From NCBI GenBank assembly GCA_951406725.2, contig OX597824.1:78244001-78308000 (forward strand): 64,000 nt of DNA. Direction: 5' to 3'. A program made the translations under genes and the position numbers. The notes beneath the pieces are model-generated. The model was given only the letters and a program-made list of their open reading frames with translations, searched no databases and was not told the DNA's origin. Below, one piece after another: positions 42,055 to 55,225 of the stretch; the stretch's first letter is position 1; every line of letters starts with the position of its first letter. The stretch is from Octopus vulgaris. Lineage: Eukaryota.

Positions 42055-42405
42055 CGCAAGGATGGTCGTGTGGTGAAAACGCTCGCTTTGCAACCATGTG
42101 GTTTCGGGTTCTATCTCACTGCGCAGTATCTTAGACCGATTCCTAGTGGGTAAATTCGATAGGAGGAAACCCTGTGGCAGTTCGTCGAGTACATGCTTCC
42201 GTGTCTGTGTCTTTGTACGCCGTCAATCGCTTGTACCCCGTCTATCTATTTACATCTCCATGACTTAGTGGTTTGCTAAAAGAGATCGATACAATATGTT
42301 GCATATTTTCAAGTAAGTAAATATGTACTGTGGATGATGTATTTGACTAAAACCTTTCAACACGATGCCTCCAACGTGTCTGCAGTCCATTGATTCAAAC
42401 AACAA
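42055..42405 (+). mobile_element. SINE family A, very old copy
   Basis: Diverged head and tail homology. Confidence 0.55.
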
Positions 42406-42591
42406 GAAAGAATAGGAATCCATCTTTTCCCTAGTAAATGGTACTCCCAAGACTTTATCATCTCATTTTCCATATTGATTTCTAAATCAATAGGTTTTGA
42501 TTTGAGAGCAATTTGACCATCATTTCTAGCATCTACAGCAACCACGTTGAGATTCCTTCGGCTCAAGGTTGCACATTGTCAAAGACTCTAG

Positions 42592-43150
42592 GGTAGTGAT
42601 GCTCAACTGGGATACCGGGGCCTACATGACTCCTGGAGGTCCATATATAAGATGGAGTGGTGGGGGACACACAAGCATAACAGTAAATTGGGTGCACTAT
42701 AGTATTTTATGGGTCCGTATAAAAATTTGCTCAGTGACATTATCCCTAGAAGCAATTAGGTTTCTTTCTCTAACATTTTACTTAGGTCAACCTACACGCG
42801 TTAAAGTGTGAAAAACAAAACATCAATTTTGAAAGAAGTTTCTATAAAACTAATTTTTAAAACTAATTAGTTCTATAAAACTAATTTTTAATCAAACAGA
42901 AATAAATAAATAAATATATATATATGTTTATGTGTGTGTGTGTGTGTGTGTGTGTGTATTAATACATAAATATATATACATAATACACAGATATACACAC
43001 TCACATAACACTTGCATGCATACTCACACAAGCTCAGATATATAGATAGATAAAAATTGATGTTTTGTTTTTCACACTTTAACGCGTGTAGGTTCATCAG
43101 AATAAAATAGTAATCACGGGGTCCATGGATAAAAAATGGTTGACAACAAC
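42592..43150. mobile_element. Degenerate hAT-like MITE, internally rearranged
   Basis: Ends TAGTGATGCTCAAC / GGTTGACAACAAC resemble hAT CAGTGGTTCTCAAC termini. Subterminal GGGGTCC(A) motifs. Confidence 0.5.
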
Positions 43151-43819
43151 ATCTTCAGAACGTATGACAAGATATCTTGCTGCATTTGTTTAAGCCGTCT
43201 TTGCTCTGAGTTTGAAATCTCCCCAAAGTTAACTTTACTTCTCATCATCTGAAGATCGCTTAAACACAAGTCTAATGAGGGTGATTGTGCCAATCGTTAG
43301 AGACTATTGAAGTAGCTAAATGAGATAATTTGCCAAATTTGTTCCAACTCTTTTTGGTTAGAATACTAGTGCCATATACCCAATCCGTCTGCGGGTCCAC
43401 TACCTAAATCTTGGATGCATTTTAACGGGATCACGATGTTCAAATCATCTAGGCCCGGTAACCAGTTGGAAAATCCCTTCCTGCTTTTAAGCTTAAGACA
43501 GGCTCCTCCTCTCCTTGACTAAAAATGTAAATTAACCACATATGGTATTAAAATCTTGGAATGATGTTAAATCCACGTGATAGTATATTTTCTTGCTTCG
43601 TTCTAACCGATTCTAGAATGAACTCAGTGACTTAATTTCTACAATAAATGTTTATATTTCAAGAATTCTATATATTTATATATAGTTTTAATTATTTAAT
43701 GGTTCAATAATATTCAATATTTTCATTTCATTAAATATTTTTTCTCCTCATTAACGGAGTAAAAATTGAAATGGTGAATACGAAATTATTTATTTCCCAA
43801 TTTACGTTTTTTGTTTGTT

Positions 43820-43850
<31 letters not shown>

Positions 43851-44452
43851 ACGTGTGTGTGTGTGTGTGTGTGTGCGTGTGTGTGTGTGTGAGACCGTGT
43901 GAGTACGTGTATGAGTGTGTATATGTGTATAGGTGTATATGTGTGCGTGCAGGTGTTTGTGTGTCTTTTCCATTTCTTAGATATTTTCAATTTTTTTAGA
44001 ATTCATTTTTATTTATTTTCAACTCTTTCTTTCCATATTTATTTATTTTCTTCTCTTACTTTCCTTATTTATTTATTTTTCCTGTGAAAATTGAAACGTC
44101 AATTTTTATGGAGTTTTCTAAAGTAAAAAATAAAATATTACAGTCAAGAATTATCAACTAAAAGTTTTGAAAATGAAATTAACAAAAGAAAAAAATTATT
44201 AATAAATCAATAAAATTAAGAATAAACTTTAACAGAAAATAAATGAATAAATAAATAACTCAACACTAATTCAATTTATGTGTAAACATGCGACAGAGAT
44301 AATATGTTTAGTTAAGAATGATCTCTGAGCGCTGAGAATATGTCAACCGATTTATTTTCCCCTGGCACAGTTTGGAAATGAGACTGTTGCTAAAAACAGG
44401 TGAAAATGCTTTGATCGGCCCGACCCAGAACCCTTCCACATACACACACTAC

Positions 44453-44499
<47 letters not shown>

Positions 44500-44542
44500 T
44501 AATAATAACAATAATAATTGTAATAATAATAGTAATGATAAT

Positions 44543-44759
44543 AGGATGGGCTACTCAACCTGAAGAAAATTCTAACTGGGCCCCACCTGCAAGGTCATGT
44601 GCTGTTTATCTTGATATGAGATCACCATGTCGCGCACATATGGTTGTGATGCATGTGCCTGGTGTACCTTTATAAGACGGGTAGTCATGATGGGTATATT
44701 GGGCTTCGTATATTTTACCCCAGTGTCACTTTGATGGCATGAACTGCTCTCTCACTCAG
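44543..44759 (+). mobile_element. 5'-truncated copy of an (AAT)n-flanked short retroelement
   Basis: Matches 45227-45441. (AAT)n on both sides. Confidence 0.8.
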
Positions 44760-44796
44760 TAATAATAATAATAATAATAATAGTAATAGTAATAAC

Positions 44797-44845
<49 letters not shown>

Positions 44846-44885
44846 GTAATAATAATAATAATAATAATAGTAATAATAATAATAA

Positions 44886-45441
44886 AATGCCCTGATGCAG
44901 TACCAGGAAGTGACTCTCGTGGCTTCTGATCTTAACTGATTGGAAATGTTATCATGTATATTGTTTTGTCTTGGTATAAAAGATGGACTACAGCAAAAAT
45001 TCTACTCAATACTACAAATTTGCTTTCAGTTGTTTGACCTTAACCAGTTGAGCATGTCCCTTAGTGGCTTACGATATTAGCATCTTTGATCACGAGCAGA
45101 AGTAGTGGGGGAGCATCATAGCCATGTGTTGAGAGGGATTGCTTGGGCTTTGAATAATTCACCTTCGGAAACATGGGTGTTTCGCTCAACATCCTTAAAC
45201 AACCCTTATTCAGGGACCCTTTCAGCAGGATGGGTTACTCGACTAGAAGAAAATTCTAACTGGGCCCCACCTGCAAGGTCATGTGCTGTTTATCTTGATA
45301 AGAGATCACCCTGTCGCGCACATATGGTTCTGATGCATGTGCCTAGTGTACCCTTATCAGACGGGTGGTCATGATGGGTATACTGGGCTTCGTATATTTT
45401 ACCCCAGTGTCACTTTGATGACATGCACTGCTCTCTCACTC
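44886..45441 (+). mobile_element. ~555-bp (AAT)n-flanked non-autonomous element
   Basis: TGCCCTGATGCAGTACC...GCACTGCTCTCTCACTC embedded in AAT arrays. Third copy at 55226-55752. Strand is inferred from truncation polarity. Confidence 0.8.
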
Positions 45442-45489
<48 letters not shown>

Positions 45490-45490
<1 letters not shown>

Positions 45491-45713
45491 GTCTTTTCTA
45501 TTCTAGGATCAAGACCCGAAATTTTGGGGGAGGGGATCCAGTCGATTAAATCGACCCCAGTATGCAACTGGTACTTAATTTATCGATCCGAAAGAATGAA
45601 AGGCAACGTTGATCTCTGAGGAATTTGAACTCATAACGTAGCGGCAGACGAAGTACTACTAAGCATTTCGCCGGGCATTCTAACAATTCTGCTAGCACGC
45701 CATCTTAATAATG

Positions 45714-45764
<51 letters not shown>

Positions 45765-45784
45765 GTAACAACAATAATAATAAC

Positions 45785-45821
<37 letters not shown>

Positions 45822-45859
45822 GATAATAATGATAATGATAATTAATAATAATAGTAATG

Positions 45860-45902
<43 letters not shown>

Positions 45903-45904
45903 TA

Positions 45905-45955
<51 letters not shown>

Positions 45956-45991
45956 GTAATGATAATAATAATAATAGTAATGATAATAATG

Positions 45992-46024
<33 letters not shown>

Positions 46025-46060
46025 TAAATAATAATATTATTAATAATATTAATAATAATG

Positions 46061-46112
<52 letters not shown>

Positions 46113-46368
46113 TAATAATAATAATAATAATATAATAATAATAATAATAATAATAGTCTTTTCTATTCTAGGATCAAGACCCGAAATTTTGGGGGAGGGG
46201 ATCCAGTCGATTAAATCGACCCCAGTATGCAAATGGTACTTAATTTATCGATCCAAAGAATAAAAGGCAACGTTGATCTCTGATTTGAACTCATAACGTA
46301 GCGACGAAGTACTACTAAGATTTCGCCGGGCATTCTAACAATTCTGCTAGCACGCCATCTTAATAATG

Positions 46369-46413
<45 letters not shown>

Positions 46414-46433
46414 GTAACAACAATAATAATAAC

Positions 46434-46475
<42 letters not shown>

Positions 46476-46515
46476 AATGATAATGATAATAATAATAATA
46501 GTAATGATAATAATG

Positions 46516-46605
<90 letters not shown>

Positions 46606-46638
46606 GTAATGATAATAATAATAATAGTAATGATAATA

Positions 46639-46676
<38 letters not shown>

Positions 46677-46718
46677 TAAATAATAATATTATTAATAATA
46701 ATAATATTAATAATAATG

Positions 46719-46792
<74 letters not shown>

Positions 46793-46838
46793 AATAATAA
46801 TAGTAATGATAATAATAATAATAGTAATGATAATAATG

Positions 46839-46895
<57 letters not shown>

Positions 46896-46965
46896 TAAAT
46901 AATAATATTAATAATAATAATAATAATATTAATAATAATGATAATAATAATAATAATAATAATAA
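45490..46965. repeat. Tandem duplication of [older SINE-B copy (-) plus long (AAT)n array]
   Basis: 45490-45706 matches 46156-46361. The following arrays share the interruption AATAGTAACAACAATAATAATAACAAT. Confidence 0.9.
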
Positions 46966-47609
46966 TTTTACGATAATATGATTATCGCCTTGCTAATACG
47001 TTAAATAAATGTACTTTTGCTCTATGCATTTAAGAATTGATATAGGAATTCATAATTCTTTCAAAAGTGAAGATCTCCCCCGCCCCGTAAACAAGCCTAG
47101 ATTCTGGTGATAAGTTTACTGCAAGCGCCAGATGGTAGATATGTTGAAAAGAACAGACAGTGTGACTTTCAAATATTAACCACATTTACACCACGCTGAA
47201 TTTAAAACTATAATATTTTCTCTATTATATTCATATTCATACATGTATGGCCCAATCCCAAAATTTTTACCAGTCTCTCTTTTTGATTTTGCTGAGGTCA
47301 GGCGTTCATTAATTTCCATCCCTTCCTCTCGTTATAATGAGACGATAGTCACTTCTTTCTTGTGCACAAGTGCTGGTTTCCTTCATGTCTGGTCGAAATA
47401 CTACCCGCTATCTACACACACACTTTATAGATTATAAGAGAGATCAAGCTGAGTTTGGTACAGAGGCAATTATGCGGATAAAACGAATTAGAGACATATC
47501 AAAGACATTAAATGCACCAAACACAAAAATATATATATATGTAAACACGCAAAACGAGAGGAAGCAAAAGGTGATGAATTTTTATGTATAAATATATAGA
47601 TAAATATAT

Positions 47610-47782
47610 AGGCATAGGAGTGGCTGTGAGGTATGAATAGGCGTAGGAGTGGCTGCGTGGTAAGTAGCTTGCTTACCAACCACATAGTTCCAGATTCAGT
47701 CTCACTGTCTGGCATCTTGGAGAAGTGTCTTCGGGCCGACCAAAGCCTTGTGATTTGGTAGACGGAAACTGAAAGAAGCCGG

Positions 47783-47785
<3 letters not shown>
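47610..47785 (+). mobile_element. SINE family A 5' half with a duplicated head start
   Basis: Homology to family A. Confidence 0.8.
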
Positions 47786-47849
<64 letters not shown>

Positions 47850-48112
47850 CATATAAATAATTATATCTAAGGGTATCTTAGAGATACCACCATGCTAGAT
47901 ATAGCAGCCAAAATATGACTCTAAAACCACATTAAATGTTCATATAGCACCAGTTATCAGGACGGCGTGGCTTTCCACCCCGACATCTGAAACTCGGAGT
48001 TTTATCATGGCTACCGAATAATTGTCACATAATACATTTACAGATAATTTCCTCTATTTACACAATATCGAGGTCTCTTTCATTCTTCTGTTGTCTTACC
48101 ATTTCTATCAAT

Positions 48113-48229
<117 letters not shown>

Positions 48230-48409
48230 GATATATACAAATATTCAGTTGAATTAGGTACTTAATTTGAAGCACCAAGTCAGTCCGGTGTTATCCGCAC
48301 AGCTCGAATTAAGGAGAATAAAATGAAAAAAAAGCAACAGGATATCAAGCACCTGATTGACTTGATTGACTGACATTTTGGGGGAGTAGGGTTAGTTTGT
48401 TTTTTGCTT

Positions 48410-48697
48410 TGTTTTGTTCCTTCTCGAGCCATGCCTGGCTCATAAGGGCCGGTTTCACGGTTTCTTGGCGTATATGTTCCCCACCTGGACGGGACGCCGG
48501 TCCGTCGCAAGAGGAAAGAGTGAGAGAAAGTTGTGGCGAAAGAGTCAGCAGAAGTTTCGCCATTACCTTCTGCCGGAGCCGCGTGGAGCTTAGGTGTTTT
48601 CGCTCATAAACACACACATCGCCCTGTCTGAGATTCGAACCCGCGAATTCCTCGACCGCGAGTCCGCTGCTCTAATTACTAGACCATGTGCCTCCAC
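48410..48697 (-). mobile_element. SINE family C head/core with the GAAACCGG tail
   Basis: Homologous to 58847-59135. Confidence 0.85.
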
Positions 48698-49423
48698 AGT
48701 GTGGATAGTCGGTTACATCAGTTTTAGTATATGACTGGTACTTATTTTATCGACCGCAAAAGAATGAAAAGCAATGTTGACAACGACGGAAAAGTCAAAC
48801 CTCCTTATATCTCCATAACACTTCTCCGACATCTGTACAGAAAGATAGACAGAACAAATATAATATGTAAATTGCTATGATGTATGCATGGGTACATGAC
48901 CGTAGAATAAATAAACACCAGTTAAGATGATATGATATTCAATAAGAGCACCTTCTAATTAAACTTCTCCTTCATTAACACAAGACAACATCGATTATGA
49001 AGCAAGTTTTCCAATAGGCCGCCCCGTTTTTAGGTCAAACTAATATTTATTAGATCGATGTAACTCACATATTCCAGTAACCTTACCCAGCGCCCTTCCC
49101 GCAACAGACCACACATACACCTCTTTCAGATTAATATATTTGATACCGTATTATTCACACATCTATAATTTATGAAGCTATACAAAACGAAAATTGAATA
49201 CTCTTCTTCCCGAGTCAGCTTTACTAAATATAAAATGAAGGATTGCTATTGCAGTTTAGGAAAAACACCTGTTTAGTTAGATCGTGGGCATACCGAGAGA
49301 GATAGACATACAGGCAGACAGACAGACACACGCATGCACACACATGTACACACACATATGCATGTGTGCATGTGTGTGAGAATGTTCTGAAATCTCTCAC
49401 AGCCTTGGATTTTTATCTCATTC

Positions 49424-49495
<72 letters not shown>

Positions 49496-49497
<2 letters not shown>

Positions 49498-49891
49498 TCT
49501 TTTACTTATTTCAGTCATTTGACAGTGGCCATGCTGGAGCACCGCTTTTAGTCGAACGAATCGACCCCAGGACTTATTCTTTGTAATCCTAGTACTTTGT
49601 AATCCTAGTACTTATTCTATCGCTAAATTACGGGGACGTAAAGACACCAGCATCAGCTGTCAAGCGATGTTGGTGGGGACAAACACAGACACACAGACAT
49701 ACACACATACATACATATATATACATATATACGACGGGCTTCTTTTAGTTTCCGTCCACAAAATCCACTTACAACGCTTTGGTCACCCGAGGCTATAGCA
49801 GAAGACACTTGCCCAAGGTGCCACGCAGTGGGACTGAACCCGGAACCATGTTGTTCGTAAGTAAGCTACTTACCACACAGCCACACCTATG

Positions 49892-49895
<4 letters not shown>
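49496..49895 (-). mobile_element. SINE family A
   Basis: Homology to family A. Confidence 0.9.
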
Positions 49896-49932
<37 letters not shown>

Positions 49933-50296
49933 TACTCTTCTACTCGAATCCAAGTAGATCTGTAGATTTTGATGGGCTTGAGGGGTGCTGGTACCTGAGA
50001 TAGCTGATCAGGTCAAGGCTCGTAAAAATCATAGCAGGTGCTCTACAACATCGGCTATAGCTGTCAGGTTTGAACACATAACAAGGTTGTTGCTAAGTCT
50101 ACCTATACAATATTTACAATAAGTCTGATTTTCAGGGCAAACACTCAACTCTATCAATACTCTTCTTTGTCTCTGTGGTGTATGTACAATGACCCCCATT
50201 CTTTTCCTTCTTTAGACATGCTGTAACCTGCAGTTTTCGTGGCTTTGAACATTTTAACCTGAAATCAGCAAAATATCCATAGAACTTGGCGTTTGT

Positions 50297-50706
50297 TACT
50301 CTTTTACTCTTTTACTTGTTTCACTCCTTTGACTGTGGCCGTGCTGGAGCACCGTCTTTAGTCGAGCAAATCGACACAGGACTTATTCTTTGTAAGCCTA
50401 GTACTTATTCGATCGGTCTCTTTTGTCGAACCGCTAAGTTAAGGGGACGTAAACACACCAGCATCGGTTGTCAAGCGATGTTGGGAGGGACAAACACAGA
50501 CACACAGACATACACACATACATATACATATACATATATACGACGGGCTTCTTTTAGTTTCCGTCTACCAAATCCACTCACAAGGCATTGGTCGGCCCGA
50601 GGCTACAGCGGAAGACACTTGCCCAAGATGCCACGCAGTGGGACTGAACCCGGAACCATGTGGTTGGTAAGCAAGCTACTTACCACACAGCCACTCCTAC
50701 GCCTAT
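50297..50706 (-). mobile_element. SINE family A, full length
   Basis: Homology to family A. Confidence 0.92.
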
Positions 50707-50926
50707 TGTTTACAAACTACATAGCAACCTCACTAGTACTGACGGCTCGCAAAAAGACAACCCAATACCTACTGTGATCGGTTAAGGAAGAAGATCTAGC
50801 CATACAAATCATATCCAAGCAGATATTAGAGAACGTTGTAGTCCTTGAAGCCATCGCGTCCGGTCAAACAATTTCAACTTTTACTTCGAAATGGGAAATG
50901 AACTATAAGTTGTTACGGTGTGTATA

Positions 50927-51450
50927 CAGGTTGCAATGGGTAAATTTTGTATTTTTTAATTTTGCGCATGTGTAGAGCTTCTTTTTGAGTTTGTCGAATA
51001 CACAACATAGTAGGGTCAGTTGGATACCGTCTGTGAGAAAGACAGCAGCGTGACGCAATTCACTCTCCCAGATATTTGGAAACGACGTACTGTACTGCTT
51101 GGCGTTCACACCGGACGCTCCAATATGAATATTTCAGAATGTTTGGGAGTCAACCTGAGGACAGTGCAATCTGAGAGCATGTACCAAGAGTGATAGAAAT
51201 CAACAATCAAATCAACATTATGGTGCTTGGAGTAATCACTAGTGATGGCGACGTTATGCATCTTTCATCTTCCCACACAGCCTCAAACTCAACACGGAGT
51301 CCCACATCATGTTCCTGGAGGAGGTAGTGTAGCCTTGGTTCAAGAGGGTTACTGTTGGAAGACACTGGCAACAAGACTCTGCACCTTGCCACACAATCAG
51401 GAAAACCAAGTCATGGCTGTCAGAAAATTTCTGCGACCGCAGCACCTCAA
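50927..51450 (+). mobile_element. Second decayed maT/Tc1-like transposon copy
   Basis: Collinear with 1023-1530 (ACCGTCTGTGAGA, TGACGCAATTCAC, TCACTAGTGATGGCGACGTTATG, TGGCAACAAGACTCTGCACCTTGCCACACA = WQQDSAPCHT). Confidence 0.8.
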
Positions 51451-52224
51451 AATGCTAATATTATGTCTGCTGCTCAATGCCCTGTAAACACTTTAAGCGA
51501 TTTGAGATGCGATGTGGATGGCTGGAACAGAGACTACGAAGTCGTGGCAAGCATATAGGGACACAGAAGGTGTTCTGGCTGCGTCTGCATGCCGGAGTAC
51601 ATCGCCACATATTGAAAAAGGCTTTAGAATCAATTCAGATGGCAACGTGGAGTTGCTGCAGATTTAGTCATCCCCAGGCTGAAGAGCATTACTACTGGAA
51701 CACAGTTTGAATATTTAACTTATTTCATATCCCTTCCTTCAAACAATAAACTGAAATGGTTAATTCAAAAGTAGATCCAACATTCAAATATATACCTACA
51801 TTTATATAGAGAGACCGATTTATATTGAAAATGTACGACGAATAATTAGTATTTAGAATTCAATGCATATTTCTGTGCGCCTGAAGTGAAAACCTGAGGA
51901 TGACTCGTATTATTGTCCACTTATCATTTGGCTCAGATCTGTAATTGGGTATATCATAGATTACAAATGGGGAACACGACTGGTCACGAATAAGAGGTTG
52001 CGAGTAGTTGAAAAGTAAGCCTAAAGTTAAAATTATATTTGAAATCAAAATAAGAGAAAGTCGATACAACTAAATACATGGATACAAAACTTCTAAAAAT
52101 AAACGATAAAGTATAAGATAAAGAAAAATTATAAAGAATAACGCCATCCGATAAACTGGTCGATATACAGACAGACAGACAGACAGACTGAGAGACAGAC
52201 AGACAGGCAGACAGACAAACAGAC

Positions 52225-52334
<110 letters not shown>

Positions 52335-52612
52335 CTTTGTATGTATGTATATATGTATGAATGTATGTATGAATATATGCATGTATGTTTTATTTTATTC
52401 AAACCAAAAAAAATGTTACACAGAGTTTCACGAAACCGTTCATCAGATAGCTTTGGTAATTCAGGCAAATGCAAACTGATAAAATAAAGTTATAAATTAT
52501 GAATACTGATAAGTGTTATGGGAAATCTGATTCTGCAACTGCATATAAGATAACATTATATGATTGGAAAAAGTGGCAATTGATCGAAACAGAAAACTTT
52601 ACATAAAGAATA

Positions 52613-52775
52613 CGCGCAGGAGCGGGTGTGTGGTAAGAAGATAGCTTTCCAACCACATGGCTGCAGGCTCAGTCACACTGCGTGGCACTTTGGGCAAATG
52701 TCTTCTAATATTGCTTCGAGCAGACCAAAGCCATGTGAGTAGATTTGATAGACGGAAACTTAAAGAAGCGAGTCG
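52613..52775 (+). mobile_element. SINE family A 5' half
   Basis: Homology to family A. The likely 3' half is at 54170-54365. Confidence 0.75.
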
Positions 52776-52782
52776 TATATAT

Positions 52783-52816
<34 letters not shown>

Positions 52817-53026
52817 CGCCATGTTGAATCGCTAGCTTCTGCACGAATCTTTTTTCTCTCCTTGTTTCTCTCCGTGTTTCTTTTCTGTGTATCTTTCTGT
52901 TGAAGAGCGTAGGCTCGACACGTAAAAGACTTGTTTTATTTATATTCCTGAGCGCTATACTAATACAATTGTTTGTTTGTACTCCACCTGCCTTCGTCTT
53001 TTGTTTATTTTCATAAAGCATCCCGT

Positions 53027-53057
<31 letters not shown>

Positions 53058-53278
53058 ATATATATATATATATACTTATATATATCGCTAGCCACTACGC
53101 ATACTTTATTTTCTTTCCTTGTTTCTTTTGTGTTCCTTTCTGTGGAAGAGCGTAGGCTCGAAATGTTAAAAAATTGTTCACCTCCCGAGCGTTAAACTAA
53201 TACATCTGTTTGTTTGTTATCTACATCACCTGTCTTCGTCTTTTGTGGGTTTTTTTTTTGTTTTGTGAATTCTCCCTA
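52817..53278 (+). mobile_element. Two tandem Penelope-like terminal fragments separated by (TA)n
   Basis: Both contain CTTTCTGT(T/G)GAAGAGCGTAGGCTCGA(C/A)A and GAGCG..CTAATACA..TGTTTGTTTGT..CACCTG.CTTCGTCTTTTGT. Confidence 0.6.
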
Positions 53279-53314
53279 CACACACATATATATATATAAA
53301 TTAATAAGACTAAT

Positions 53315-53565
53315 GACCGCTAAAGTGGATTCCTAACATGCTAAAGATAGACGTCAAATCGCATTACCACAAAGAGTGTGTTCTTAAGAAAAATCTAAGC
53401 AAAAACACCAGAATGTAAAACTATGGATGACATTTGTCGTGCTTATTTGTCTTGCTTATTTCTACATTCTGGCGTTTTTGCTGAGAGTTTTCTTGAAAAC
53501 ACACTCTTCCTGGTCAGGCGATTTGACGTCTAGCTTTAGCATATTAGGAATCCACTTTAGTGGTC
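53315..53565. repeat. Imperfect ~105-bp inverted repeat
   Basis: GACCGCTAAAGTGGATTCCTAACATGCTAAAG..AGACGTCAAATCGC...CCAGAATGTA versus TACATTCTGG...GCGATTTGACGTCT..CTTTAGCATATTAGGAATCCACTTTAGTGGTC. Confidence 0.85.
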
Positions 53566-53817
53566 CTTCCTCTAATTAATTATTAATTGTAATATAATTT
53601 TTAAATCTTCGGATATTTTTTTCAATATGCTAGATCACTGGCTTAATTTGATGTTGATTGATATCAATTTCTACCCTCGTTATTTAATATATATATTTAT
53701 ATATATTGGCCTGCTCGCTTAGCCAGCGGGGTGGCGTCATTCAAAGGCTAAAACAATGCGAACGCATTGTGACCAGCGATGTGTAACAACATCTGATGGT
53801 CTGGTCGGTCACGTGAT

Positions 53818-53867
<50 letters not shown>

Positions 53868-53872
<5 letters not shown>

Positions 53873-54070
53873 TAATCCAAACAAGAAAGCACAAAGAAAC
53901 AACGCGATGACGTGGAACAAATATAGTATTATTGGACGCTCAGGAAAAAAGGAAATAAGGAGGGCTTAACGTTTCGAGCGGAGCTCTTCGTCGGAAACAT
54001 AGGAAAAGGAAAAATCCAGAGAAGGGAAGACAGAGGAAAAAAATCGCCAACGGTACACACGCGGTCACAT
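53868..54070 (-). mobile_element. Penelope-like terminal fragment with a hammerhead-like motif
   Basis: Reverse complement of 24053-24255. Flanked by (TA)n. Confidence 0.6.
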
Positions 54071-54169
54071 TTTGAAAGACATATTTATATATATATATAC
54101 ATATATAGATGTATGTATGTATGTACGCATGTATGTATTATGTATATATGTGTGTATATATGTGTGTAT

Positions 54170-54365
54170 ATGTGTCTGTGTTTGTCCACTCACCGTCACT
54201 TGACAATGGATGTTGGTGTATTTACATCCTCATAACTTAGCGGTTCAGCAAACACACGATAGAACGAGTACTGGGCTTACAAAGAATAAGTCCTGGGGTC
54301 GATTTTTTTCGACTAAAGACGGTGTTCCGGCATGGCTACAGTCAAATGACTGAAACAAATAAAAT
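54170..54365 (+). mobile_element. SINE family A 3' half
   Basis: Homology to family A. Confidence 0.8.
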
Positions 54366-54673
54366 GATATAAAATAGATTATATCAGAAATACCAAGTTG
54401 CGATTAGTTGAAAAGTAAGGCAAAAATTAAAATTATATTGGAAATCAAAATAAGAGAGTGGATGCAAATAAATAATGGATAGAATACTACTAAAAATAAT
54501 GGATAGAAAACTACTAAAAATAAAAGAAAAAGAAATAAATATAAAGTAGAAAAACAAAACTACTCTCAGAGGGAGTAGCATTTCTCGCACCCTGTTTTGC
54601 ACGTGTGTGCTTACTTGTATATATATATCTATGTATGTGAAAGGACATATGCATACATATATGCATACAAACA

Positions 54674-54707
<34 letters not shown>

Positions 54708-54708
<1 letters not shown>

Positions 54709-55066
54709 TCTCTTTTACTAGTTTCAGTCATTTGACTCCGGGCATGCTGGAGCACCGCTTTTAGCCGAGCAAATCGACCCCAGGACTTATTCTTTGTAAG
54801 CCAAGTACTTATTCTATCGGTCTCTTTTGCCGAACCGCTAAGTTATGAGGACGTACACACACCAGCATCAGTTGTCAAGCGATGTTGGGGCGACAAAACA
54901 GACACACAAATACACACGCATATGCATATACATATATACGACGGGCTTCTTCCAGTTTCCGTCTACCAAATCCACTCACAAGGCTTTGGTCGGCCCAAGG
55001 TGCCACTCAGTAGGACTGAACCCGTCACTATATGGTTGGTAATCAAGCTACTTACCACACAGCCAC
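54708..55066 (-). mobile_element. SINE family A
   Basis: Homology to family A. Confidence 0.88.
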
Positions 55067-55225
55067 GCACACACACACACATTAAAACATGTACCAATGG
55101 CAGAAACTACTGTTATTAATTTTATATATATAAGGTGGTACTTTGCCCCCGTCCCCCACACACACCTGATAAGTGGTATTTATTTTATCGATCTCGATAG
55201 GATGAAAGGCAAAGTCCAATAGCAA

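Noticed and set aside
44886-44960. Possible HDV-like ribozyme at the 5' end of the AAT-flanked element
   Set aside because: I could not assemble the P1/P1.1/P2/P3 nested pseudoknot by eye.
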